Origin: an uncultured Actinomycetes bacterium
Lineage (GTDB): Bacteria > Actinomycetota > Thermoleophilia > RBG-16-64-13
Direction of reading: 5' to 3'
NCBI GenBank assembly: GCA_963841735.1
Contig: CAWJDT010000005.1
Location: forward strand, 1-64,000
Length of the DNA stretch: 64,000 nt
The stretch's first letter is position 1. Every line of letters begins with the position of its first letter. Shown piece after piece: positions 41,797 through 51,262 of this stretch. The notes below the pieces were generated by a model. The model was not told the DNA's origin. It saw only the letters and a program-made list of their open reading frames with translations, and searched no databases. Made by a program: the position numbers and the translations under genes.

Positions 41797-42882
41797 ATGG
41801 TTGATATCTCAACACTCGTTGCGCTCGGCTATTCGCCCCGTTGGCAGGCGCTATTCACACCCTTCGCCACACAGGGTCTGGCGCCCGCCAGGGTGATCCG
41901 CAGCGACAGGGGCAGCGCGCTTGTGGCCACGCCTGCCGGCGTCGTCCGCGCTCAGCTCTCGGCCCCCCTCTTCAAGTCCATCAAAGGCACGGCCAAGATG
42001 CCGGCTGTCGGCGACTGGGTGGCCGTCCAGGTGGTCGATGAGCCAGACCTCTCCCTCATCGAAGCCGTGCTCGAGCGCACAAGCGCCATCACGCGCGGCG
42101 ATCCGGGTGGCGGCTCCGAGGTGCAAGTGCTGGCCGCCAACATCGATACGGTGTTCGTCGTTCACCCCATCGGCGAACCGCCCAACCTGCGCCGTATCGA
42201 ACGGGAGCTCTCTCTTGCGTGGGACTCGAACGCCGTCCCCGTGGTGGTGCTTACAAAGGCGGACCTCTCCCCCGACCCAGAGGAGGCGCGGCAGACGGTC
42301 GAGGCAGTCGCGTCGGATGTGGACGTGCTTGTTACCAACGCCCTCTCGGGCGAGACCGCCGAGCTGCTTCTCGCCTACATAACCAATCAGCGCACCGCGG
42401 TCCTGGTGGGACCTTCGGGTGCGGGCAAGTCCACGCTCATCAACGCTCTCCTCGGCGAGGAGCGCCAAGCAACAGGCGAGGTACGTCTGGGCGACGGCCA
42501 CGGTCGCCACACCACAGTCGCCCGTGAACTCATCCAGATGCCCCGCGGGGGCATTCTGATCGATACCCCTGGTCTTCGGGCACTCGGCCTCACCGGTTCG
42601 GAGGAGGGCATCGCCTCGGTGTTCTCTGACATCGAGGAGGCCTCGCGGTCATGCCGCTTTCGCGACTGTACGCACAACGGCGAGCCCGGCTGCGCGGTAC
42701 AAATGGCCTTGGAGTCAGGGACGCTCTCCCCCGAGCGACTGGCCAGCTATCGGAAGCTGATGGACGAGGCCCGAGTCGTCGCCGGCAAGACAGACGCAGC
42801 CCTTCGCGCCGCCGAGAAACGCAAGGCAAAGATCTTCAGCAAGGTCGTCAAGGACTACCACAAACACAGCGACCGCGGCTGA
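41797..42882 (+). CDS. rsgA: Ribosome small subunit-dependent GTPase A
   Basis: TKAD, GPSGAGKST, GRHTT, DTPG, CRFRDC.H..EPGC. Confidence 0.92.
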   Translation: MVDISTLVALGYSPRWQALFTPFATQGLAPARVIRSDRGSALVATPAGVVRAQLSAPLFKSIKGTAKMPAVGDWVAVQVVDEPDLSLIEAVLERTSAITRGDPGGGSEVQVLAANIDTVFVVHPIGEPPNLRRIERELSLAWDSNAVPVVVLTKADLSPDPEEARQTVEAVASDVDVLVTNALSGETAELLLAYITNQRTAVLVGPSGAGKSTLINALLGEERQATGEVRLGDGHGRHTTVARELIQMPRGGILIDTPGLRALGLTGSEEGIASVFSDIEEASRSCRFRDCTHNGEPGCAVQMALESGTLSPERLASYRKLMDEARVVAGKTDAALRAAEKRKAKIFSKVVKDYHKHSDRG

Positions 42883-42936
42883 GCAACCGTTTGGTTGCCG
42901 ACGAGCCTATCCGTCAGCGTCTATAGCCAGACGCGC

Positions 42937-43182
42937 TCATTCTTCGTGCGAGCTCGAGGCGAAGCCACGGCTCCCATCCCAAGTCTCCTGAGAGACGTCC
43001 GGCCTCATCCCGGTGCCGGGGAAGCTGGCCTCTCGCAGCTTGAACGACTCGCCCCCCTCATGCCGCGCGATGGCCAGTCGCAGGCCTTCCTCCACCAGAT
43101 TGCGCATAGTCGTACGCTCCGCGGCGGCTATGAACTTGGCCTCCCGAAAGAGCGCATCGGCAATATCTATGGTTGTTTTCAT
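42937..43182 (-). CDS. Orphan VapB-like antitoxin
   Basis: MKTTIDIADALF.EAK..A.....TMR.LVEEGLR; paralogue of 58772-59017. Confidence 0.75.
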   Translation of the reverse strand: MKTTIDIADALFREAKFIAAAERTTMRNLVEEGLRLAIARHEGGESFKLREASFPGTGMRPDVSQETWDGSRGFASSSHEE

Positions 43183-43274
43183 AGATTGGAGATTACCAGC
43201 AAGCGATGACCGTGTATACGATATCCCGCTCCGCATCGATGAATCGGTGACCAGCATTCACGCCCTCGCCTACG

Positions 43275-44570
43275 TCAATGGTCCTGAGTGGCAACAGATT
43301 GTTCGTTGGACGCCCGAAGGCTGGGTCCACGAAACAGTCCCCTGGTATGCAGGAACAGATATCCGAAGAGCGCTGCAAGAGCTACTGCGCCTCCCGCTAA
43401 GAAGATAGAACCGAGACCGGTGTGGTCGGCCATCACCCCAAGCGCTATGGCCCCTAACGCTCCGCCTAGGTCCATCGCCATGAAGAAGGTCGAATTGGCC
43501 AATCCACGCCGTTCGTCCCTAGCCAATACGACCGCCAATGAATGGAGTTCTGGCTGAAGCATTCCCATCGCGAAACCGGATAGCGCGCCACAAATCACCA
43601 GAACGGTCACATCGTTCATCCAGAACATCACTACCATGCTTATGCTGGCCAGCGCCATGCCCGGGCCCAGCACCGCAACAGAGCCGAACCTCTGCGAGAT
43701 CCTACCAACGAAAAGCCTTGCCGCAGCGACCGCGATCGCACTCGCGATGAAGAACACACCTGGATTATCTATCTGCTTGGCGACCGCATAGACGATGACA
43801 AAAGTCATGAAACAGCTACTGGCGAACATGAAGACCAGCATGATGGCGGCCGGCTTCAAAGCGTCCCTATCGACAAGTTTCTCCCACACTCTTTCCTTCA
43901 CGCCACCGGGGAGCTGCGGCCGCGAGTCAACCGCGCCGTTATCCCAGACAGTGCTCGGAATCGCAGCACTCACCTGCCGCTTCCCAGCCGAGCGGAGCGT
44001 CAATGCTGCCAACACATTCACAAAGGCCGTACCGAAAATCACCAGGTAGGTGACCTGGTAGCCGAAAGCATCCTTAAGTGTGAGAGCGACCATGGGGAAG
44101 AATGCCCTGGAGATAGTCTGCGACAGACCGAAATATCCTATGCCTTCCGACATCCTATGCTTCGGAATGGCGTCCGTAGCCATGGTCATGAGCGCCGTCC
44201 CGATGAAGCTGAAGCCCAAGCCCTGCAGCCCTCTCATCACAAGAAACAGCGGAAGAGGGATGCGCGCTGAGAAGAACCCGCTGGCGACTAGAAAGACCAC
44301 CGTCCCGATGATTAGCGGCAGGTACCGCCCCTTGGTGTCAACTAGTCTTCCCACGATCGGGCGGAAGGCGACGGCAACCAACATGTACACGGTCGTCGTC
44401 AGACCCGCAACGAACTTCGAATAGCCCATGTCGACCATGTAGAGTGGCAGAAGGGCTCCGAGCATGCCGAGCATGATCCTCTGGAGCAGATCCGCAAACA
44501 TGATGTTTACGTACCTGCGGGTGAAGATCCTTTCACGCGTCTCCGCCGAGGGCCGTGCTGGCCTCGTCAC
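43275..44570 (-). CDS. MFS transporter
   Basis: 12-TM pattern, GRLVDTKGR, RGLQGLG. Confidence 0.92.
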   Translation of the reverse strand: MTRPARPSAETRERIFTRRYVNIMFADLLQRIMLGMLGALLPLYMVDMGYSKFVAGLTTTVYMLVAVAFRPIVGRLVDTKGRYLPLIIGTVVFLVASGFFSARIPLPLFLVMRGLQGLGFSFIGTALMTMATDAIPKHRMSEGIGYFGLSQTISRAFFPMVALTLKDAFGYQVTYLVIFGTAFVNVLAALTLRSAGKRQVSAAIPSTVWDNGAVDSRPQLPGGVKERVWEKLVDRDALKPAAIMLVFMFASSCFMTFVIVYAVAKQIDNPGVFFIASAIAVAAARLFVGRISQRFGSVAVLGPGMALASISMVVMFWMNDVTVLVICGALSGFAMGMLQPELHSLAVVLARDERRGLANSTFFMAMDLGGALGAIALGVMADHTGLGSIFLAGGAVALAALFGYLFLHTRGLFRGPSLRASNEQSVATQDH

Positions 44571-44638
44571 TTCAGGTAGCGGTCGGGCATGACGTTATAT
44601 CTTGTTATGTTCCACCGGCCCCCACCGGGCGGCAGCCT

Positions 44639-45988
44639 CTACGAACTACCCAACTCCTTGAACATCTCGAGCGTAAGCTTTTCCAGAGATGCGAGCACAT
44701 AGCCAGGCAGCATATGGCTGTTCCCGCGGCCGGGCAACACGCCGCATGTGTTACAAACAAGCGCCTCATCGTCGAAGATGTAGTGAGAGCGTGCTATCAG
44801 AGTAGCGTCGTGGTTGATGAGGACGGTGTTCTCGAGCGGTGAGATCTCCTTGATATGCGCGCCCAGAGACGAGTAGAGCTCTCCACTGAACCCAAAGAGG
44901 GCGACATCGCCCATCTTCACTAGATGCAGGCGGATCTCGTAGGGATCGACGCCCTCCCCCACCATCTCTTGGGTGCCGTCGCCCTGCTCCATGATGTCGC
45001 GCCCAGGAGTGAACGACCACGCGACCGTTCCAGCTATGGGAGCTGAGTCGACGCGACACTCAATCGTGCGGATGACCTTCAAGATGTCGGCCAGATGCCG
45101 GCCGGCAAGCGTCGCGAGAACGGCAGGGGCTCCGTCTCCCAGGCGGCACAGCGCCGGACGCCCTGTCTTGTGATCTGGGTAGAAGATCTCGTTCATCAAC
45201 AGCGGATTGACGTCACCCGCCGCCCCGCTGGACCACACGGCCACGCTCCCGGGGTATCTTCCCTCTACGCCGCGGCAGACACACCCACTGAGATCGCCGC
45301 CGATACCTATCTTGCCATCGCAGCAGTCATTGCCGATCATCACGCAACTGTGCACCGGGTAGTTCATGAAGAACGCGATGGGCTTGCCGTCCAGGTCCTC
45401 GAACCTAAGAACGAACAGAGAGCGGTCGGTGGGTGTCTCCGGGTTGGCGCCAAGTGCGCACTCCCGGTGCACCTCGCCCCTCTCATCGATCCACTCGTAC
45501 ACCTGGTTGCGATTGACGTTGATGTAGCTCTCTCCGCACGCGTATCCCATCCTGGCAGGACGCATGTCTGCGATCGCCTCGTCGACGACCCTGAGCAAGG
45601 TGCCGATAACCTGCCGCTCGTATTCAGCCTGAGCCGCCTGTACCTCGGGCACCTTCAGACTCACATCGTTGATAGACTCCTCGGGACGGGACCCGGTCAC
45701 CGGAGCTGTGTGAGTATGAGTACTGAAGTACAGGATGTTCTCCTGGGGGATCCCGGTGCGCTCTGAGATTACCGCCAGATTCTCGGCCGGATGCAGTGCC
45801 TTGTCCAAGTCGAAGCCGATGATCAAGGCCTTGCTCTCACCCTGGCCGACCGCGATGACACGTAGATAGAGGTCGTCGAGCACCCCCCCGAAGCTGTCGT
45901 CTCGCAGGGCGCGGAGATTCGGTATGAGAGCAGCCGCCGGGGTGATCAGTCCGCGCGCCGCCCCACAGGTAGAATGGTCAGTCCTCAT
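44639..45988 (-). CDS. Neutral/alkaline ceramidase-like metallohydrolase
   Basis: STHTHTAP, NVNR, NYPVH, GAAGDVNP. Confidence 0.8.
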   Translation of the reverse strand: MRTDHSTCGAARGLITPAAALIPNLRALRDDSFGGVLDDLYLRVIAVGQGESKALIIGFDLDKALHPAENLAVISERTGIPQENILYFSTHTHTAPVTGSRPEESINDVSLKVPEVQAAQAEYERQVIGTLLRVVDEAIADMRPARMGYACGESYINVNRNQVYEWIDERGEVHRECALGANPETPTDRSLFVLRFEDLDGKPIAFFMNYPVHSCVMIGNDCCDGKIGIGGDLSGCVCRGVEGRYPGSVAVWSSGAAGDVNPLLMNEIFYPDHKTGRPALCRLGDGAPAVLATLAGRHLADILKVIRTIECRVDSAPIAGTVAWSFTPGRDIMEQGDGTQEMVGEGVDPYEIRLHLVKMGDVALFGFSGELYSSLGAHIKEISPLENTVLINHDATLIARSHYIFDDEALVCNTCGVLPGRGNSHMLPGYVLASLEKLTLEMFKELGSS

Positions 45989-46832
45989 CGTCAGGCTTGT
46001 CCTTGTATTCGGCATATAGTTTGGGTAGGAACACACTCAGCTGCTGGGCTTCCACTGTGGCGTGGGTGATGACCTTCTTCAGATACTCCTCGCAGAGCAT
46101 GGAGTCCGGGGTCGTCTCGTCTCTCGTGACCTTGCCGTCCTTTACCCCCCAGCCTATCCACTCGCGCGTACACTTCTCCATCACGCCCAGGGGGCTGGTG
46201 CGCGAGAGGGTGAGCATCAGATGAGTGCCGGGCCCCTGCGGGTATCCAGGCTCGAGCGTGTGGAACGACTCATAAGCGGAGTCGACAAAACACTTGGCCT
46301 CGTCCAGAGCCTGCCGCCGTTCCTCGGAAAGACCATATTCCTTGAGATCGACAGCGTGCCGGATGGTATAGCCCATCTCCTCACCCTGCCCCAGGTCCAG
46401 GGACTCCACCGTATACACGCCGTCCCACTTGTCCTTGCCGTTGATGAAGCCGTGATCCCAGTGGTCGGCCGGGTTCCAGATCTTGTACTTCAGGTTGCCC
46501 TGGTCCTTGGGCATGCCCGTGGTGTGCACATTCAGCCACCGGAAGTACCAGGCGAGCATCTGCGGTGTGCAGTTCGGGTAGGTCGTGTACACCGCCAGGT
46601 AGCCGGTGCCATCGTCCATCATGCAGTAGCCGTACTCCACCTCCTGGTAGCCGGTCGGCTGCAGCAGGTCGAGAAAATTCTCGGGCTTGATCGCCAGCTT
46701 GGGATCCATGGGGCCCGCGTCGATGAGCTGCTGTTGCAGAGGACCGGGCCCGTTTAATGGCAGATCGTAATATTTCGCCAGAGGTAGCTTCCTCTCCGCG
46801 GCACTGATTTCAAGCCTGTTAATAATAAGCAT
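45978..46832 (-). CDS. PhlG/phloretin hydrolase-like C-C hydrolase (copy 3)
   Basis: EYGYC.M.DG.GY.A, TPQML.W.F.W, KYKIW.P.DH, VESLDLG, HATVE. Confidence 0.82.
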   Translation of the reverse strand: MLIINRLEISAAERKLPLAKYYDLPLNGPGPLQQQLIDAGPMDPKLAIKPENFLDLLQPTGYQEVEYGYCMMDDGTGYLAVYTTYPNCTPQMLAWYFRWLNVHTTGMPKDQGNLKYKIWNPADHWDHGFINGKDKWDGVYTVESLDLGQGEEMGYTIRHAVDLKEYGLSEERRQALDEAKCFVDSAYESFHTLEPGYPQGPGTHLMLTLSRTSPLGVMEKCTREWIGWGVKDGKVTRDETTPDSMLCEEYLKKVITHATVEAQQLSVFLPKLYAEYKDKPDDED

Positions 46833-46890
46833 CGATATTGTTCCTTTCTCGCCCGGACATCCAGACAGACCGGCTTCGTCGGTGGAAGCC

Positions 46891-47640
46891 TTATCCTCTG
46901 TTGTCCGCAAGCCATTCCATGATGTTCTTCCAGAGCACGGGGTAGCACTTCCAGCTGAGGACCTCCGGAAGCGCCCAGTGCGGCAGACAGTCGAACGCAG
47001 TAGCCACAGATCTCCCCCTGCCGTACTCTCCCGCAGCCAGTCCCACCGAGCCCCCCATCTTCACTACTACCTGCGTACCCTCCCTCTCCTCCAGGTAGTT
47101 GTAGCCCAGATAACGCGGCCAAGGCTCCTCGATCCCCTTCATCAAAGGATGATCCATGTCCGCGATGACCGGCGCCACGCCCTCCGGGCTATCTATCCGA
47201 TCGTCGTGGTTCATCATCTTCACGGGCAACACCTCGGCCAACGGAGTCATGCCGTACCGCGCCTTGCCCTCGAAGCCACAGAAGCTCATGTAGCCCCCTA
47301 TCATGAGCAACCCGCCACCCTGCAGCACAAACTCTCGAATCGCCCGGAGGCGGTTCCCTTTGATCTCGCACTTGAACATCATGTCCGGATGGAGCAGCAG
47401 GGTGTTGCTGGTGATATCGCTTAGGATCACCACGTCATAGGAGGCCAAAGCCTCCGCAGTATCGGGGAAGGAGAGCTGCGCTATGTGATTCGGCAGCCAG
47501 GTGACGTCCATCCCGAGGCCCTCGAGCGTGCGCACGAACGGCTCGCCCACCGGCTCGTACCTGCCTAGGGTGGCAAAATCGAAGCCCTTGGTATGGCTCT
47601 CGGTGGTTATGAAGGATTCTCCGGCCAGAAGTACTTTCAT
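46891..47640 (-). CDS. Glutamine amidotransferase-like protein (DUF1355/STM3548 type)
   Basis: KVLLAGES, YDVVILSDI, GGGLLMIGGYMSF, PHW. Confidence 0.85.
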   Translation of the reverse strand: MKVLLAGESFITTESHTKGFDFATLGRYEPVGEPFVRTLEGLGMDVTWLPNHIAQLSFPDTAEALASYDVVILSDITSNTLLLHPDMMFKCEIKGNRLRAIREFVLQGGGLLMIGGYMSFCGFEGKARYGMTPLAEVLPVKMMNHDDRIDSPEGVAPVIADMDHPLMKGIEEPWPRYLGYNYLEEREGTQVVVKMGGSVGLAAGEYGRGRSVATAFDCLPHWALPEVLSWKCYPVLWKNIMEWLADNRG

Positions 47641-47649
47641 CGCATCACC

Positions 47650-48501
47650 TCAAAGCTGGTCATCGGGCTTCTCGTGATATTCGGCATACAGTTCGGGGAG
47701 GATCTTGCCCAGGCGCTGGGCCTCCACAGTGTTGTGGTAGAGCACGTTCTTCATATAGTCGACGCTCAGCATGTAGTCGGGGGTGCTCTCGTCGAAGTAG
47801 ATCTTTCCGTCCTTCACGCCGTATCCGATCCACTCCCGGGTGCGCTTCTCTACGCCGCCGTTCGGACAGCGGCGTGACAGCGTCAGAGTGAGGTGCGTGC
47901 CTGGCAGCAGGGTGTGTGGCTCCTCCGGCGTGTAGAACTTCTCGACGGCGCAATCCACCCAACACCCGGCGTCGCTCAGCTCTTTCTGCCGCTCTTCTGT
48001 GAGGCCGTAGTCCCGCAGGTCGAAGGGGTGCCGTATCGAGTAGAACGGCTTTTCGCCCTTGCCCATATCCAAAGCCTCGACCTGGTAGATTCCGTCACTC
48101 TTGTCGCGTCCGTTGATGAAGCCGTGGTCCAGATGATCCACGGGGTTCCATACCTTGTACTTGAGATTGTGACCAATGGGCATTCCCGGCGTGTGCACGT
48201 TCAACCACCGGAACCACCAACCCAGCATCTGCGTGGTGCAATAGGGATAAAGCGTATATGCAGCGATGTAGCCCGAGCCATCAGGCATCCGACAGCAGCC
48301 CAATTCCACGTTGAAGTAGTCGGTGGGGTGCAGAAGGTCCAAGAAATCCTCGACCTTGATGGCGTCCACCGGGTCCATCGGACACGCAGCGATTATCTGC
48401 AGTTGCAGAGGCCCTGGGGTATACAGCGGCAGGTCGTAGTACTTCGCTAGGGGCATCTTCTCTTCTTCCGGCAGAAGGCCGGGGCGTTCAGTAATCAGCA
48501 T
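47650..48501 (-). CDS. PhlG/phloretin hydrolase-like C-C hydrolase (copy 2)
   Basis: KYKVWNPVDH, VEALDMG, HNTVE. Confidence 0.82.
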   Translation of the reverse strand: MLITERPGLLPEEEKMPLAKYYDLPLYTPGPLQLQIIAACPMDPVDAIKVEDFLDLLHPTDYFNVELGCCRMPDGSGYIAAYTLYPYCTTQMLGWWFRWLNVHTPGMPIGHNLKYKVWNPVDHLDHGFINGRDKSDGIYQVEALDMGKGEKPFYSIRHPFDLRDYGLTEERQKELSDAGCWVDCAVEKFYTPEEPHTLLPGTHLTLTLSRRCPNGGVEKRTREWIGYGVKDGKIYFDESTPDYMLSVDYMKNVLYHNTVEAQRLGKILPELYAEYHEKPDDQL

Positions 48502-48575
48502 CTTCCCTGTCTCTCTCGTCTTCTCTCTCGTCTTCTCTCTCAGTCCTCAGCTAGGCCGCTCGCGGTAACCTGGCG

Positions 48576-49482
48576 CTACTTCACATACTTGTCGAGGAAC
48601 CCGAATACTCGATCCAGGTTTGCCGGGCTGGTGAACACCGGGCTGTCGTGGCGCGCACCGTTGATGATGTCCAGCTGACAAAGGTCGGGCCCTACCTTCT
48701 CTCTGATGACCCGCGCAAGCTCCATGGACTGCTGCACGGGCACGCCCTCATCGTCGCGTCCGTGCTGGATCAGCAGCGGTGCCATGTCCGCTTTCACCCA
48801 TGTCATCGGATTCGCCAACGCCACCTTGTCCGGCACCTCGGCGATAGGTGCCCCGAGGTACTCCGACTCCGGCGAATCCGGCTCGCCGTGATTACAGCGT
48901 CCGTGCCCACCGGCAGCCAGCTGTTTGTCCATGGCCAGGAAATCAGTGGGTCCGTACCAGTCGAAACCTGCCTGCACCGCACTCGACTGCTCAGGGTTGC
49001 CGAGGTCCGGGTCTTCAAACATCTCCACTCCGGCCGTCGTGCACATCATGGCAGCGAAGTTGCCTCCCGAGGACTGTCCGCACGCCGCCACACGACTGGT
49101 ATCCAAGCCGATACTGCGCGCCATTCGCCCGCAGCCAGCGGAGGGCAGCCTTCACGTCCTGAAGCCCCGCGGGAAAAATGGCCTCTCCACTCAGGCGGTA
49201 GTTGACGCTCACCAACGCGTAGCCCCGATCCAACCCAGCCAGGTACGAAGCCAGGTAGATGTCGCGTTTGTCCCCCATGCGGAAACCGCCACCGTGCATG
49301 TAGAACAGAACCGGAAACGGACCGTCGCCCGTTTCGGGCAGATAGATGTCCAACTGCTGGGCCGGCGACGTGGGCGCATAGACCAAGTCGAGCCACTTCC
49401 GGCCGACATCCGGGATCTCGCCCATGGGTATAGACTTGGCACCGGGGACACCCGATACTTCAGGCATGCCCTCAGTCGTCAT
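48576..49482 (-). CDS. HSL/BD-FAE-type alpha/beta hydrolase; frameshift near 49105
   Basis: LDIYLP, HGGG, VNYRL in one frame; GQSSGG, HGRDD, ARH in the next. Confidence 0.82.
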
Positions 49483-50332
49483 CGTCGGGCCTATCCTTGT
49501 ACTCGGCGTGAAGCTGAGGCAGAAACTCGCTCAGGTGCTGCGCCTCGATGGTGCAGTGGGTAAGCACCTTCCTCATTTCTTGCTCGGAGCACATTTCAGG
49601 ATTGGTCGTCTCGTCGCGCACCACCTTGCCGTCTTTCACCTTGTAGCCAATCCACTCGCGGGTGCGCTTCTCCATGTATCCCAACGGACTCATCCTGGAT
49701 AGCGTCAGCTGCAGGTGAGCGCCCGGCAGGGGCTTTTGATCCGGGAACGTATGGAAGGACTCATAGGCGCAGTCTACCCAGCAGCCTGCCTCGTTCAGGG
49801 CCTTTTCGCGCTCTTCGCTGAGACCCAACTCTCTGAGGTCGACGTAGTGCCGGATGGTGTAGAACTTGTCTTCACCCCGCCCCAGGTCGAGAGACTCCAC
49901 AGTGCCGATGCCGCCCCTGCGGTCCGCGTAGCCGTTCTCGTTCAAGAACACATGGTCCCAGTGATCGGGCGGACACCAGATCTTGTACTTGATGTTGCCC
50001 ATGCCCTCCGGCATGCTCTTCGGCCTGACGTTCAGCCAACGGAACCACCAGGCAAGCATCTGCGGCGTGCAGTTCTGATAGGTGGTGTAGACGGCCAGAT
50101 AACCGGTCCCATCCTCCATCACACAGTAGCCGTACTCCTGCTCGTCGTAGCCGGTGGGCTTGAGCAGATCCAGCATGTTCTCGACCTTGATCGCCTTCTT
50201 GGGATCCATGGGGCCGTAGTCAAGGATCTGCTGGTAGAGAGGCCCCACGGGACTCAGGGGCATGTCGTAGTACTTGGCCAGAGGCAGCTTCCTCTCCTCT
50301 GGACTCAGTTCTGGTCGATTGGCTATATACAT
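49472..50332 (-). CDS. PhlG/phloretin hydrolase-like C-C hydrolase (copy 1)
   Basis: KYKIWCPPDH, VESLDLG, HCTIE. Confidence 0.82.
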   Translation of the reverse strand: MYIANRPELSPEERKLPLAKYYDMPLSPVGPLYQQILDYGPMDPKKAIKVENMLDLLKPTGYDEQEYGYCVMEDGTGYLAVYTTYQNCTPQMLAWWFRWLNVRPKSMPEGMGNIKYKIWCPPDHWDHVFLNENGYADRRGGIGTVESLDLGRGEDKFYTIRHYVDLRELGLSEEREKALNEAGCWVDCAYESFHTFPDQKPLPGAHLQLTLSRMSPLGYMEKRTREWIGYKVKDGKVVRDETTNPEMCSEQEMRKVLTHCTIEAQHLSEFLPQLHAEYKDRPDDDD

Positions 50333-50372
50333 CCGCTATCTCCCTCTTTCACCTCTTTGCGTCTTCCTATTC

Positions 50373-51251
50373 TCAGTCGATTCCGAAGAAGGCCAGCATC
50401 TTCGGAAGGACAAAGTCGCAGAAGCCAAAGCCACCACCAGCGCCCTCGACGGACTCAAAAGTGATGCCTTCGGCGCCCAGCTTCTCCGCGTATTCCTTAA
50501 AGCGAAGGACCTTCTGATACATCCCGTCTTCGGTCCCGCAAGGCAGGTAGGTCTTCGGCACGTTCCCGGCCGCCACAGCCTCGCGGAACCGATCCCAGGT
50601 GTGCTCACAGGAGTCCAAGAAACCACCCACCGACGCATACTTGACGATCTTGTTGACTTCTTTGGGTTTGATGCCGCTGGCCGGGTTTCCATAGGCCGTG
50701 GAGAATGCCTTGTTGTCGGCCGTGGCCTTCGCCAGAAACTCGCCCCTCTCCATGTCCCGAAACGGCTCCAGGAACGTGTAGCTGATGGGAGGACTCCCTA
50801 TCGGTGCCACCCCCCCGAACCTCTCCGGATGCTGCAGCCCGTACATCCAAGCCGCCGCCGCGCCCATGGAGAACCCCGCGATGAAGTTGTCTTCCGCCTG
50901 CTCGGACGCCGGAAGCCAGTTGTACACAAACGGCATCAGCTCATCGAAGAAGAAATCGCTGTAGTTGTATCCGTCAGCGAACTGCGGATGGTTGGCGAAA
51001 TCGCTGTTGAGACCGCTGGGCATCACCACGATCACTTCCCGGTCTGCCACGTAGCGAGCCAGGCTGGTGTTGCGTATCCAGTCCTGGCGGTCGCCCATGC
51101 CGGCATGAAGCATCCACAGCACCTTGTACTTCTTCCCCGACTCGTAGAACTCTCTCGCGTCCACACCCACCTCGGGACTCGGGACGAGGACGGTAAGGTC
51201 GGTCGGGCCGGCCAGGATCCTGCTCTTCAGATTGATGGTGTACTCAGACAT
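50373..51251 (-). CDS. Esterase (tributyrin esterase/FrmB-like)
   Basis: YKVLWMLH, DELMP, IAGFSMGA, CGTED. Confidence 0.85.
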   Translation of the reverse strand: MSEYTINLKSRILAGPTDLTVLVPSPEVGVDAREFYESGKKYKVLWMLHAGMGDRQDWIRNTSLARYVADREVIVVMPSGLNSDFANHPQFADGYNYSDFFFDELMPFVYNWLPASEQAEDNFIAGFSMGAAAAWMYGLQHPERFGGVAPIGSPPISYTFLEPFRDMERGEFLAKATADNKAFSTAYGNPASGIKPKEVNKIVKYASVGGFLDSCEHTWDRFREAVAAGNVPKTYLPCGTEDGMYQKVLRFKEYAEKLGAEGITFESVEGAGGGFGFCDFVLPKMLAFFGID

Positions 51252-51262
51252 CGGACCCCCCG

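Noticed and set aside
48508-48542. CT-rich 12 bp tandem repeat upstream of PhlG-like copy 2
   Set aside because: Only about two and a half copies of a purine-rich leader; no support for phase variation.
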